Shown: one piece after another, positions 9,925 through 20,017 of the stretch | How positions within the stretch are numbered: position 1 is the stretch's first letter | How the letters are laid out: each line of letters begins with the position of its first letter | From: Candidatus Methylomirabilia bacterium | GTDB lineage: Bacteria > Methylomirabilota > Methylomirabilia > Rokubacteriales > CSP1-6 | Assembly: GCA_041496385.1 (NCBI GenBank) | Contig: JBGQEL010000039.1 | Location: 1-34,707 of the forward strand | Length of the DNA stretch: 34,707 nt | Direction of reading: 5' to 3' | Program-made: the position numbers and the translations under genes | Notes under the pieces: generated by a model | What the model was told of the DNA's origin: nothing | The model's input: the letters and a program-made list of their open reading frames with translations, nothing else | Databases searched by the model: none

Positions 9925-9941
9925 ATGCTGCTACTGTGCCA
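9925..9941 (-). promoter_or_regulatory. sigma54 -24/-12 promoter candidate
   Basis: TGGCACAGTAGCAGCAT = TGGCAC with GG-N10-GC; the TT of TTGC is replaced by CA. Confidence 0.6.
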
Positions 9942-9960
9942 TGCTCAGGCAACCCATATA

Positions 9961-9973
9961 TTTCAGTACGTTA
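9961..9973 (+). promoter_or_regulatory. IHF-like site
   Basis: TTTCAGTACGTTA, one mismatch to WATCAR-N4-TTR, with an AT-rich 5' flank; lies between the promoter and the palindromes. Confidence 0.4.
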
Positions 9974-10007
9974 CTCGGCGATATCGCCCACCGGATAGGG
10001 AAGCAAT

Positions 10008-10035
10008 TGTCAGAACTGACACGACAGAACTGTCG
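10008..10035. promoter_or_regulatory. Two abutting palindromes, candidate enhancer (UAS) sites
   Basis: TGTCA-GAAC-TGACA (10008-10021) and CGACAG-AA-CTGTCG (10022-10035), sharing a CAGAACTG core. Confidence 0.55.
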
Positions 10036-10049
10036 CGAGCCGACAAGGA

Positions 10050-11284
10050 TCAGGCCAGCCCGTGTTTCTTCAGGCGTCGATAGAGAGTTCGGAGGGTGAG
10101 CCCGAGCACCCTGGCGGCCAGGTCCTTGTCCCCGTCGCAACGCTGCAGCGCGAGCGCGATCAGGTCCCGCTCGGCCTGCTCGAGGGTCGGAACCGCCTCG
10201 CCCGTGCGGGGCGCCGGCGGGCGCCCGGCCACCGCGAGGCGGAGGCTCGGAAAGTCCGAAACCGTGAGCTCGGCCCGCGCGCCGAGCGCGTAGGCGCGCT
10301 CGTTCAGGTTCTCCAGCTCGCGGACGTTGCCGGAGAAATTGTAGGCGGCAAGCGCCGCGAGGGCCGGAAGCCCCCGCGCTCCGCCGCGGCCTCGAGGTCC
10401 CTGTTGCTCGCCGCGATGATGCGGGCGTCCACGGGGTACACTTTCGTCGAGCCCACCGGCCGGATCTCGTGGTCTTGGAGAACGCGAAGGAGCTTGGCCT
10501 GGAGCGGCAGCGGCAGCTCGCCCACCTCGTCGAGGAAGAGGCTGCCGCCGTGCGCCGAGCGGAAGAGGCCGAGCGCGTCGGCGACCGCCCCGGTGAAGGC
10601 GCCGCGCACATGGCCGAAGAACTCGGACTCCATGAGATCCTCGGGGATGGCGCCGCAGTTCACGGGCACGAAGGGTCCCGCGGCGCGCGGCGAGCTCCGG
10701 TGGATGGCGGCGGCGACGAGCTCCTTGCCCGTGCCGCTCTCGCCTTCGATCAACACCGGCGCGTCGGTCCCCGCCACGCGCTCCACGAGCGCCCTGACGC
10801 GCGCCATCGCGGGCGAGGCGCCGACGAGCTCCTTGGCGGCGAGGTGCTCGCCCAGGCGGCTGCGAAGCTCACTCACCTCGCGGGCGAGGCGCCGCTTTTC
10901 GAGCAGCCGGTGCATCAGGTGGCGTAGCTCGTCGAGGTCGAGCGGCTTCACGAGGTAGTCCCACGCGCCCGCCTTGAGCGCCTGGACCGCCGTGAAGACC
11001 ATCGGGTCGCCCGTCATCATCACGACGTCGAGCGCGGCGTCGTGGCGCTTGAGCCGCTCGAGGAGCTCGAGGCCGCCCATCCCGGGCGTGTTGATGTCGA
11101 GGAGGGCCGCCTCGAAGAGCCGGCGTTCCACGAGCTCGACCGCCTCGCGTCCGCCGGCGGCCAGGCCGACCTCATAGCCCCAGCCGTCGAGGGCGTCCCC
11201 GAGCAGCTCGCGGATGTCGGGATCGTCGTCGGCGACGAGAATCCGCGGACGGGCGCGCGCTACGGCCGGGGCCGCCGGTCGCAC
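10050..11284 (-). pseudogene. NtrC-family sigma54 response regulator with internal deletion and frameshift
   Basis: REC (ILVADDD), [14 protein letters not shown] and LFLDEVGEL are present. At ~10365 GGFR jumps, in another frame, to [19 protein letters not shown] and a Fis HTH (TLYRRLKK). The DLYYRL..PPLRER segment is absent. Start (GTG 11284) is uncertain. Confidence 0.85.
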
Positions 11285-12084
11285 CGCGCGAGGAAGTCGA
11301 GCACGACTCGATTCCACGCCTCCGGCTGATCGCGATTGGCGAAGTGGCTGGCGGGCGCGAGCACGACCAGCTTCGCGCCGCGGATCTTCCGACGCATGAC
11401 CTTCATGGGTCCGAGCGACGGGTCGCGATCGCCCCCGACGAGCAGGACCGGCATCCGGAGCTTGGGCAGGTCGTCGGTGATGTGATCCATGGCGAGGAGC
11501 GCGCGCAGCGCGTTCGCGTAGCCGATCGGCTGGAGCTGACGGTACTCCTCGTAGAACTCCGCCTTGGCGCCGGGGTCGAGGGCCAGGCGTTCGGAGACGT
11601 TCGGGTTCGACGCCATCGCGAACTCGGCCATCGCGTCCATCCCCTGCGTGAGCGTGATCTCGATCGAGCGGGCCCGCATGACGACGTTCTGCCAGGACAG
11701 CGGCAGGCCCGATGCCGAGGAGGAGTTGGTGACGACGAGCGCGCCGACGCGTCGCGGCCACTGCAGGGCGAAGCGCGTCGCGATCCCGGCGCCGAGCGAG
11801 AGGCCGCCGACGTGCGCCCGGCGCAGGCCGAGGTGGTCCAGCACGGATTTCAGGTCCAGCGCCCAGCGCCGGAACGAGTACTTGGCCGGGTCGGCGGGCG
11901 CGTCCGAGCGCGCGTGGCCGCGCGGTTCCCAGAGCACGACCCGGTGTCGGGCGGCCAGGCCTGCGACGTTGACGTCCCACATCCGGGTGTTGCCGCCGAT
12001 GCCGTAGGCGAGGACGAGCGGGGTGCCGCCGCCGTGCTCCTCGTAGTAGATGCGCACGCGATCGTCGGTCCTCACGTAGGGCAT
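11260..12084 (-). CDS. Alpha/beta hydrolase (enol-lactonase/PcaD-like)
   Basis: RGHARS, GLSLG nucleophile elbow, GDRD acid, ASHF His. Confidence 0.88.
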   Translation of the reverse strand: MPYVRTDDRVRIYYEEHGGGTPLVLAYGIGGNTRMWDVNVAGLAARHRVVLWEPRGHARSDAPADPAKYSFRRWALDLKSVLDHLGLRRAHVGGLSLGAGIATRFALQWPRRVGALVVTNSSSASGLPLSWQNVVMRARSIEITLTQGMDAMAEFAMASNPNVSERLALDPGAKAEFYEEYRQLQPIGYANALRALLAMDHITDDLPKLRMPVLLVGGDRDPSLGPMKVMRRKIRGAKLVVLAPASHFANRDQPEAWNRVVLDFLARCDRRPRP

Positions 12085-12112
12085 GGCCGCTATCTTACGC
12101 CGCGGGTCCCAC

Positions 12113-12142
12113 TTGACAGCCTCGAGGCAAATTCAGTATTTT
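12113..12142 (+). promoter_or_regulatory. sigma70-type promoter TTGACA-N18-TATTTT of the hcr-box operon
   Basis: Perfect -35 in an AT-rich divergent gap. Confidence 0.55.
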
Positions 12143-12152
12143 CGAATCGACA

Positions 12153-12167
12153 TTAATCCCTGATTAA
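12153..12167. promoter_or_regulatory. Operator-like palindrome TTAATC-CCT-GATTAA
   Basis: Perfect 6-bp AT-rich inverted repeat just downstream of the -10. Confidence 0.55.
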
Positions 12168-12186
12168 CCAACGGGTGGGAGCGCGG

Positions 12187-12696
12187 ATGAAGATTCGGCT
12201 GTCCCTGAGCGTCAACGGCGAGCCCTGCGAGGTCCTGGCGCCCGTCCACAAGACCCTCCTGGAGGTGCTCCGCGAGGACCTCGGGCTCATCGGCACCAAG
12301 CACGGCTGTGAGCTCGGCGAGTGTGGCACGTGCACCGTGCTCGTGGACGGACGGCCCGTGCTCTCCTGCCTCGCCCTGCCCGCGGATGGCACCGGGTGGG
12401 AGATCACGACGGTCGAGGGGATGGCCGAGGGCGGGCGCCTCCACCCGCTCCAGCAGGCGTTCGCCGAGCTGGGCGCCGCCCAGTGCGGCTACTGCACGCC
12501 GGGCATCCTGCTCACCGCGAAGGCGCTCCTCGCCGAGCGGCCGAGCCCGACGCGGCAGGAGATCAAAGAGGCGCTCGCGGGCAACCTCTGCCGCTGCACC
12601 GGCTACACGAAGATCCTCGACGCCGTCGAGCTGGCCGCGCTGCGCCTGGTAGTGCGAGCCGAGGCGGTGCCTCCGACGAGGGGAGCGGTGAGATGA
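12187..12696 (+). CDS. hcrC: 2x[2Fe-2S] small subunit, HcrC/CoxS-like
   Basis: GTKHGCELGECGTCTV, QCGYCTPG, GNLCRCTGY; the C-terminal tail is encoded by the first repeat unit. Confidence 0.8.
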   Translation: MKIRLSLSVNGEPCEVLAPVHKTLLEVLREDLGLIGTKHGCELGECGTCTVLVDGRPVLSCLALPADGTGWEITTVEGMAEGGRLHPLQQAFAELGAAQCGYCTPGILLTAKALLAERPSPTRQEIKEALAGNLCRCTGYTKILDAVELAALRLVVRAEAVPPTRGAVR

Positions 12697-12810
12697 TCGG
12701 AGGCCGTGCGAGCCGAGGCGGTGCCGCCGGCGAGGGGAGCGGTGAGATGATCGGAGGCCGTGCGAGCCGAGGCGGTGCCGCCGACGAGGGGAGCGGTGAG
12801 ATGATCGGAG
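12652..12810 (+). repeat. Tandem repeat, 3 x 54 bp (third copy 51 bp)
   Basis: Units start at 12652, 12706 and 12760. Consensus GTGCGAGCCGAGGCGGTGCCGCCGACGAGGGGAGCGGTGAGATGATCGGAGGCC, with 0-2 substitutions per copy. Confidence 0.97.
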
Positions 12811-12821
12811 ATCCTGCATGA
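12693..12821 (+). CDS. Putative 42-aa repeat-encoded bridging mini-ORF
   Basis: ATG overlaps the hcrC TGA and its TGA overlaps the hcrA ATG; MIGGRASRGGAAGEGSGEMIGGRASRGGAADEGSGEMIGDPA. Confidence 0.4.
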   Translation: MIGGRASRGGAAGEGSGEMIGGRASRGGAADEGSGEMIGDPA

Positions 12822-15238
12822 GCAAGGATCGGTTCTCGGTGATCGGCCGGCCGCTCCCCAAGATCGACGCCTGGGCCAAGGTGACGGGCGAGACGCGGTA
12901 CGCCGACGATCTCGTCTTCCCGCGCATGGCTTACGGCAAGCTCTTGCGATCGCCGCACGCGCACGCCCGCATCCTGCGCATCGACACCAGCCGGGCCCGC
13001 GAGCTGCCGGGCGTCTACGCCGTCATCACGGGCGCCGACCTCCCGCGCGTGAAGTTCGGCATCCTTCCGGTCTCGCAGGACGAGGAGGCCCTCTGCACCG
13101 AGAAGGTCCGGATGGTGGGCGACGCCGTCGCGGCGGTCGCCGCGGTGGACGAGGAGACCGCGGAACGCGCCTGCCGGCTGATCGACGCGGTCTACGAGCC
13201 GCTCCCCGCGCTCATGTCCATCGAAGAGTCGCTGGCGCATCCCGAGGTCCGCATCCACGAGTACGGCGACGGCCCGAACGTCCACAAGAACGTGGCGCTG
13301 CAATTCGGCGACGTCGAGGCGGCGTTCGCGGCGGCGGACCTCGTTCGCGAAGACGTGTACTTCTACGAGGGCAACACGCACCTGCCGATGGAGCAGCACG
13401 CGGCCGTCGCCCACGCGGCGGCCGACGGCAAGCTCACGCTCTGGTCCTCGACCCAGACGCCCCACTACGTCCACCGGCTGCTGGCCAAGATCCTCGATCT
13501 GCCGGCGGCGCACGTCCGCGTCATCGCCGCGCCCGTGGGCGGCGGCTTCGGCGGTAAGCTCGACCCCTTCGCCCACGAGATCGCCGCCTGCCGGCTCTCG
13601 CAGCTCACGGGCCGCCCGGTGAAGATCACGTGCACCCGCGAGGAGGTCTTCTACATCCATCGCGGACGCCATCCCGTCCTCATGTGGCTCAAGACGGGCT
13701 TCACGAAGGCCGGCGACATCACGGGCTGCCACATCAAGACGTGGCTCGACGGCGGCGCGTACGGCTCCTACGGCGTGGCGTCGACCTTCTACACCGGCGT
13801 CATCAATCCGGTGACCTACAAGATGCCCGTCTACAAGTTCGATGGGGCGCGCGTCTTCACGAACAAGCCGCCGTGCGGCCCCAAGCGCGGCCACGGCACT
13901 CCGCAGCCGCGCTTCGCCCTCGAATGCCAGCTCGACCGCGCGGCCGAAGAGCTCGGCCTCGACCCGATCGAGATGCGACGGCGCATCCTCGTCGAGCCCT
14001 ACACCAAGACGGCGAACCACCTCACCGTGACCACGATCGGCCTCGGCGAGTGTATGGATCGGGTGGTGGAGGCGTCGGGCTGGCGCGCGAAGCGCGTCGC
14101 GCCGAAGGGCGCCGGGCCGCGGAAGCGCGGCGTCGGCTTCGCCGCCTCGGCCTACATGACCGGCGCCGGGACCGCGATCTACTGGAACAGCATGCCCCAC
14201 TCGGGCGTCGTGCTGCGCGCCGACCGCAGCGGCGGCGTCACGATCCTCTGCGGCGCCACCGACATCGGCCAGGGCTCGGACTCGATCCTCGCCTATCTGC
14301 CCGCGGAGGTGCTCGGCATCGACCCGAAGGACGTCCACGTGCACCCCGCGGACACGAGCCTCACGCCTGTGGATCTGGGCTCGTACTCCTCGCGCGTGAC
14401 CCTCATGTGCGGCGTGGCGGCGATCCAGGCGGCCGAGCGCCTCCGGACCACGATCGCCAAAGCCGTCGCGCAGAAGCTCGAGGTCGGGCCGGACGCGCTC
14501 GCGTTCAAGGACCGCAAGGTCGGCGTGCCCGACCAGTGGGACAGGGCGCTGACGTTCGTCCAGGCGGTCGAGCTCGCCGAGGCGATGCACGGCGTGCTCG
14601 CGTTCGCGGGCTCGTACGCGCCGCCGAAGCGCGCCGGGAAGTTCAAGGGCGGAGGCGTCGGGCCGTCGCCGTGCTACTCGTATTCCGCGTGCGTTGTCGA
14701 GCTGAGCGTCGACGAGGAGACGGGTGAGGTCGCGCTGCACGACGTGTGGATCGGGCACGACGTCGGCCGCGCGCTGAACCCGCTGCTCGTCGAGGGTCAG
14801 GTCGAGGGCTCGGTCTACATGGGGATCGGCGAGGCGCTCATGGAAGGCCAGGTCTTCCGCGAGGGCCTCCACAAGCAGCCGTCCATGCTCGACTACAAGA
14901 GCCCGACCACGCTCGAGACGCCGGAGATCCACACCTTCCTCGTCGAGACCGACGATCCGGAGGGGCCGTTCGGGGCGAAGGAGGCGGGGCAGGGACCGCT
15001 CCTGCCCGTGCCGCCGGCGATCGCGAACGCGATCTACCACGCGGTCGGCGTGCGCTGCGACGAGGTGCCGATCACGCCCGAGATGATCCTGAAGGGGCTC
15101 GAGCTCCGGCGGCGGGGCAAGCCCGCGCGCGTCGGACCCGAGCAGATCCCGCTCTTCACGTTCAAGGAGCCGCTCGCGGTCGAGTCGGCGTTCGGCCAGC
15201 CCGCCGACGACATCGCCGTGCGCCCCTTCACGCAATGA
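12818..15238 (+). CDS. hcrA: Xanthine-oxidase-family molybdopterin subunit, HcrA-like
   Basis: RSPHAHARI, GGGFGG, PPCGPKRGHGT, DIGQGS, GSYSSRVT, GPFGAKEAGQG; resembles 4-hydroxybenzoyl-CoA reductase alpha as I recall it. Substrate unproven. Confidence 0.75.
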   Translation: MSKDRFSVIGRPLPKIDAWAKVTGETRYADDLVFPRMAYGKLLRSPHAHARILRIDTSRARELPGVYAVITGADLPRVKFGILPVSQDEEALCTEKVRMVGDAVAAVAAVDEETAERACRLIDAVYEPLPALMSIEESLAHPEVRIHEYGDGPNVHKNVALQFGDVEAAFAAADLVREDVYFYEGNTHLPMEQHAAVAHAAADGKLTLWSSTQTPHYVHRLLAKILDLPAAHVRVIAAPVGGGFGGKLDPFAHEIAACRLSQLTGRPVKITCTREEVFYIHRGRHPVLMWLKTGFTKAGDITGCHIKTWLDGGAYGSYGVASTFYTGVINPVTYKMPVYKFDGARVFTNKPPCGPKRGHGTPQPRFALECQLDRAAEELGLDPIEMRRRILVEPYTKTANHLTVTTIGLGECMDRVVEASGWRAKRVAPKGAGPRKRGVGFAASAYMTGAGTAIYWNSMPHSGVVLRADRSGGVTILCGATDIGQGSDSILAYLPAEVLGIDPKDVHVHPADTSLTPVDLGSYSSRVTLMCGVAAIQAAERLRTTIAKAVAQKLEVGPDALAFKDRKVGVPDQWDRALTFVQAVELAEAMHGVLAFAGSYAPPKRAGKFKGGGVGPSPCYSYSACVVELSVDEETGEVALHDVWIGHDVGRALNPLLVEGQVEGSVYMGIGEALMEGQVFREGLHKQPSMLDYKSPTTLETPEIHTFLVETDDPEGPFGAKEAGQGPLLPVPPAIANAIYHAVGVRCDEVPITPEMILKGLELRRRGKPARVGPEQIPLFTFKEPLAVESAFGQPADDIAVRPFTQ

Positions 15239-15342
15239 AACCGCGTCTCGTTTCAAGCAATCGGCAAGAGGCACGCAGCCACCGCGCACCTTTCTCAGGC
15301 CACCCACGGTTCGAGCCGGCCTCGCGGACCCCGCTCCAATGA
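15233..15342 (+). other. 104-bp insert flanked by CAATGA direct repeats, carrying a 35-aa ORF (15235-15342)
   Basis: CAATGA at 15233-15238 and 15337-15342. Removing 104 bp restores a direct hcrA/hcrB ATGA overlap. Confidence 0.55.
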
Positions 15343-16355
15343 TGCGTCTTCCCCCGTTCACCTACCTCCTGCCGCGTACGCTCGGCGACGCGACGCGAGC
15401 GCTGGCCGAGCACGGCGCGGAGGCGATGCTCGTCGCGGGCGGGACCGACCTCTTCCCGAACATGAAGCGCCGTCAGTTCGAGCCGAAGGTGCTCGTCGGG
15501 CTCCGCGGGATCCGCGAGCTCGCGGGCGTCCGCGGCGACGCGGGCACGGGCGTGACGATCGGCGCCGGCACGACGCTTTCGGCCGTGGCCGCGCACGGCG
15601 AGATCGCCACGCACTACGCGGCGCTCGCGACGGCCGCCGGCCTCGTCTCGTCGCCGCAGCTCCGCAACATGGGGACGATCGGCGGCAACGTCTGCGTGGA
15701 CACGCGCTGCAACTACTACAACCAGTCCTACGAGTGGCGGAAGGCGGTCGGCTTCTGCATGAAGAAGGACGGCGATATCTGCCTCGTCGCGCCCCGGAGC
15801 CCGCGCTGCTGGGCCGTCTCGTCGTCGGACACGGCGCCCGTGCTCTGGAGCCTCGGTGCGCGCGTGCGGTTGGTCGGCGCCGCGGGAGAGCGGACCCTGC
15901 CGATCGAGACCCTCTACCGCGACGACGGCATCCAGTACCTCGCCAAGCAGCCGGGCGAGATCGTCGCCGACATCATGCTGCCGCCCGCCGAGGGCTGGAA
16001 GAGCGCCTACCTGAAGCTGCGTCGACGGGGCTCGTTCGACTTTCCCGTCCTCGGCGTCGCCGTGGCCGCGCGGCTGGACGGGGACCGCGTGCGCGAGGCG
16101 CGCATCGTCCTCGGCGCCGTGGCCTCGCAGCCGCGCCCGGCCCCCGCGGCCGCGGCGGCGCTCGCCGGGGAGCGGCTCACGCCCGAGCTGATCGCGCGCG
16201 TCGCGGACCTCGCGGCGGGGCCGTCGAAGCCGCTCGACAACACCGACTTCACCCATCCGTACCGGAAGAAGATGACGCGCGTCTTCGTCGCGCGCGCGCT
16301 GCGCGCCCTCGCCGGGCTCGACCGCGGCGGCCGCGTCGTCGAGGAGGTCGCGTGA
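15339..16355 (+). CDS. hcrB: FAD subunit with [4Fe-4S] loop, HcrB-like
   Basis: AGGTDL, RNMGTIGGN, and an inserted C-X15-C-X7-C-X8-C (15708-15809; DTRCNYYNQS..W), the HcrB-type cluster loop. Confidence 0.85.
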   Translation: MMRLPPFTYLLPRTLGDATRALAEHGAEAMLVAGGTDLFPNMKRRQFEPKVLVGLRGIRELAGVRGDAGTGVTIGAGTTLSAVAAHGEIATHYAALATAAGLVSSPQLRNMGTIGGNVCVDTRCNYYNQSYEWRKAVGFCMKKDGDICLVAPRSPRCWAVSSSDTAPVLWSLGARVRLVGAAGERTLPIETLYRDDGIQYLAKQPGEIVADIMLPPAEGWKSAYLKLRRRGSFDFPVLGVAVAARLDGDRVREARIVLGAVASQPRPAPAAAAALAGERLTPELIARVADLAAGPSKPLDNTDFTHPYRKKMTRVFVARALRALAGLDRGGRVVEEVA

Positions 16356-16900
16356 GCTCGCTCGGCGAGCGGATCCGACGCCTCCGCGGCGAGCGCGAGC
16401 TCCAGCAGCGGCAGCTCGCGGAGAAGGCGGACCTCACGCCGAGCATGGTCTCGCAGATCGAGTCGGGCCGGCTGACGCCTTCGCTCCACACGCTCGGCCG
16501 GATCGCCGCCGCCCTCGGCGTGCCGATCGCCTCCCTCTTCGAGGGCCAGGCGCAGGGCTCGATCGTGATCTCGCGCAAGACGGAGTACCCGGTGGTCTCC
16601 TTCGACGGCTCCTCGGAGCGCTGGGCGGTGCTCGGCGCGGGGCTCTTCCAGGGGAAGATCCGCGCGGTCGTCTCCACGCTGGGGCCGAAGTCGCGCGGCG
16701 TCACGACGGAGAAGGTCGTGATCAAGCCGGGCCAGATGAAGCTCTTCTACGTCCTCCAGGGGAAGGTCGCGCTGCACTACAACGGCGATCGCCACCTGCT
16801 CGAGGCGGGCGACAGCGCCCTGCTCGACGGCGGCACGTCACACGGCTGGGAGAACCTCGGCTCGAGACAGGCCCGGGCGCTCTGGGTCATTCTGGGATAG
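16352..16900 (+). CDS. XRE-HTH + cupin transcriptional regulator
   Basis: GTGA overlap and GAGGAGG; LGERIRRLR...SQIESGRLTPSL HTH; C-terminal cupin (LEAGDS...HGWEN). Confidence 0.88.
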   Translation: MSSLGERIRRLRGERELQQRQLAEKADLTPSMVSQIESGRLTPSLHTLGRIAAALGVPIASLFEGQAQGSIVISRKTEYPVVSFDGSSERWAVLGAGLFQGKIRAVVSTLGPKSRGVTTEKVVIKPGQMKLFYVLQGKVALHYNGDRHLLEAGDSALLDGGTSHGWENLGSRQARALWVILG

Positions 16901-16906
16901 GGGACC

Positions 16907-18579
<1,673 letters not shown>

Positions 18580-18580
<1 letters not shown>

Positions 18581-19998
18581 TGGCCGGCATCGACTACACG
18601 GAGCGGATCCCGAACAACGTCAGTCTCGCCGAGAACCGCCGGCTCCAGCGCGCCCTCGAGGACTGGCAGCCGAAGTTCCTCGAGTGGTGGATGGACATGG
18701 GGCCGCACGGCTACCAGACGAAGGACACGTACCTGCGCACCGCGATCAGCGTGGACGCGCAGGGCTGGGCGCAGTTCGGCTACGTGAAGATGCCGGAGTA
18801 TCGCTGGGGGATCTTCCTCGCCGAGCCGGAGCCCGATCGCCGCATCGCCTTCGGGGACCACAAGGGCAGTCCCGCGTGGCCGGACGTTCCGGGCGAGCAC
18901 CGCGGCGTCCTGCGCCGGCTCATCGTCACCCAGGGCGACACGGAGCCCGCGTCGGTCGAGCAGCAGCGCCACCTGGGGAGCACGTGTCCCTCGCTCTACG
19001 ATCTGAGGAATCTCTTCCAGGTCAACGTCGAGGAAGGCCGGCACCTCTGGGCGATGGTCTACCTGCTCGACGCGCACTTCGGCCGCGACGGCCGTGAGGA
19101 GTCCGAGGCGCTGCTCCAGCGGCGCTCGGGCGACCGCGACAAGCCCCGCATCCTCGGCGCGTTCAACGAGCGGACGCCCGACTGGCTCTCGTACTTCATG
19201 TTCACCTATTTCACCGACCGCGACGGCAAGTACCAGCTGGCCGCGCTGGCCGAGAGCGGCTTCGACCCGCTCTCGCGCACCTGCCGGTTCATGCTGACCG
19301 AAGAGGCGCACCACATGTTCGTCGGCGAGACCGGCGTGGGCCGCGTGGTCCAGCGGGCCTGCGAGCTCATGCGCCAGCACAGGACGGACGACGTGCGCAA
19401 GCACGGCGGCATCGACCTGCCGATGCTCCAGCGGTACATGAACTTCCACTACTCGGTCTCCCTCGACCTGTTCGGCTCGGAGATCTCGACCAACGCGGCG
19501 AACTTCTACACGATGGGCCTGAAGGGCCGCTTCGAGGAGACGAAGAAGGACGACGACCACCGGCTGAAGACGGCGACCTACCCGATCACGTACCTCGACG
19601 GCGGCAGGATCGCGACGCGCGAGGAGGCCGCGCTGCCGTCGCTCAACGAGCGGCTCCGGGACGACTACATCGCGGATTGCCAGCGCGGCGTAGACCGCTG
19701 GAACCGAATCATCAAGGCGCAGGGCGTCGATTTCGAGCTGCGCCTGCCGCACCGCGCCTTCCATCGCGCGATCGGCATGTTCGCCGACGTGAGGGTCTCG
19801 CCCGACGGGCGCGTGCTCGACGCGGCGGCCTGGGAGGCGGGCAAACACGCGTGGCTGCCGACCGAGGACGATCAGGCCTGGGTCCAGAGCCTGATGCAGC
19901 CCGTCATCGCGCCCGGCGCGTTCGCGAACTGGATCGCGCCGCCCGCGCGCGGCGTCAACGGCCAGCCGCTGGACTTCGAGTACGTGCGGCTCGCCTGA
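18580..19998 (+). CDS. boxB: Benzoyl-CoA 2,3-epoxidase diiron subunit
   Basis: IPNNV, QGDTEPASVEQQ, NVEEGRH, TDRDGK, TEEAHH; TGATG overlap with boxC. Confidence 0.95.
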
Positions 19999-20017
19999 GT
20001 CACCCGCCCCACGCGGG

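Noticed and set aside
10340..10390. Programmed frameshift in the NtrC-like gene
   Set aside because: No slippery run, and conserved sequence is missing, so this is a deletion.
10304..11980. 558-aa ORF as one protein
   Set aside because: The N-terminal part is an off-frame reading of the hydrolase; only the REC-AAA part is real.
12652..12810. CRISPR array
   Set aside because: Units are head-to-tail with no unique spacers, and no cas genes are present.
12563..15361. 932-aa minus-strand ORF
   Set aside because: Antisense shadow of hcrA, typical of high-GC DNA; no motifs.
12187..16355. CO dehydrogenase (coxSLM)
   Set aside because: No AYxCSFR or AYRGAGR loop, and the FAD subunit has the HcrB-type [4Fe-4S] insert.
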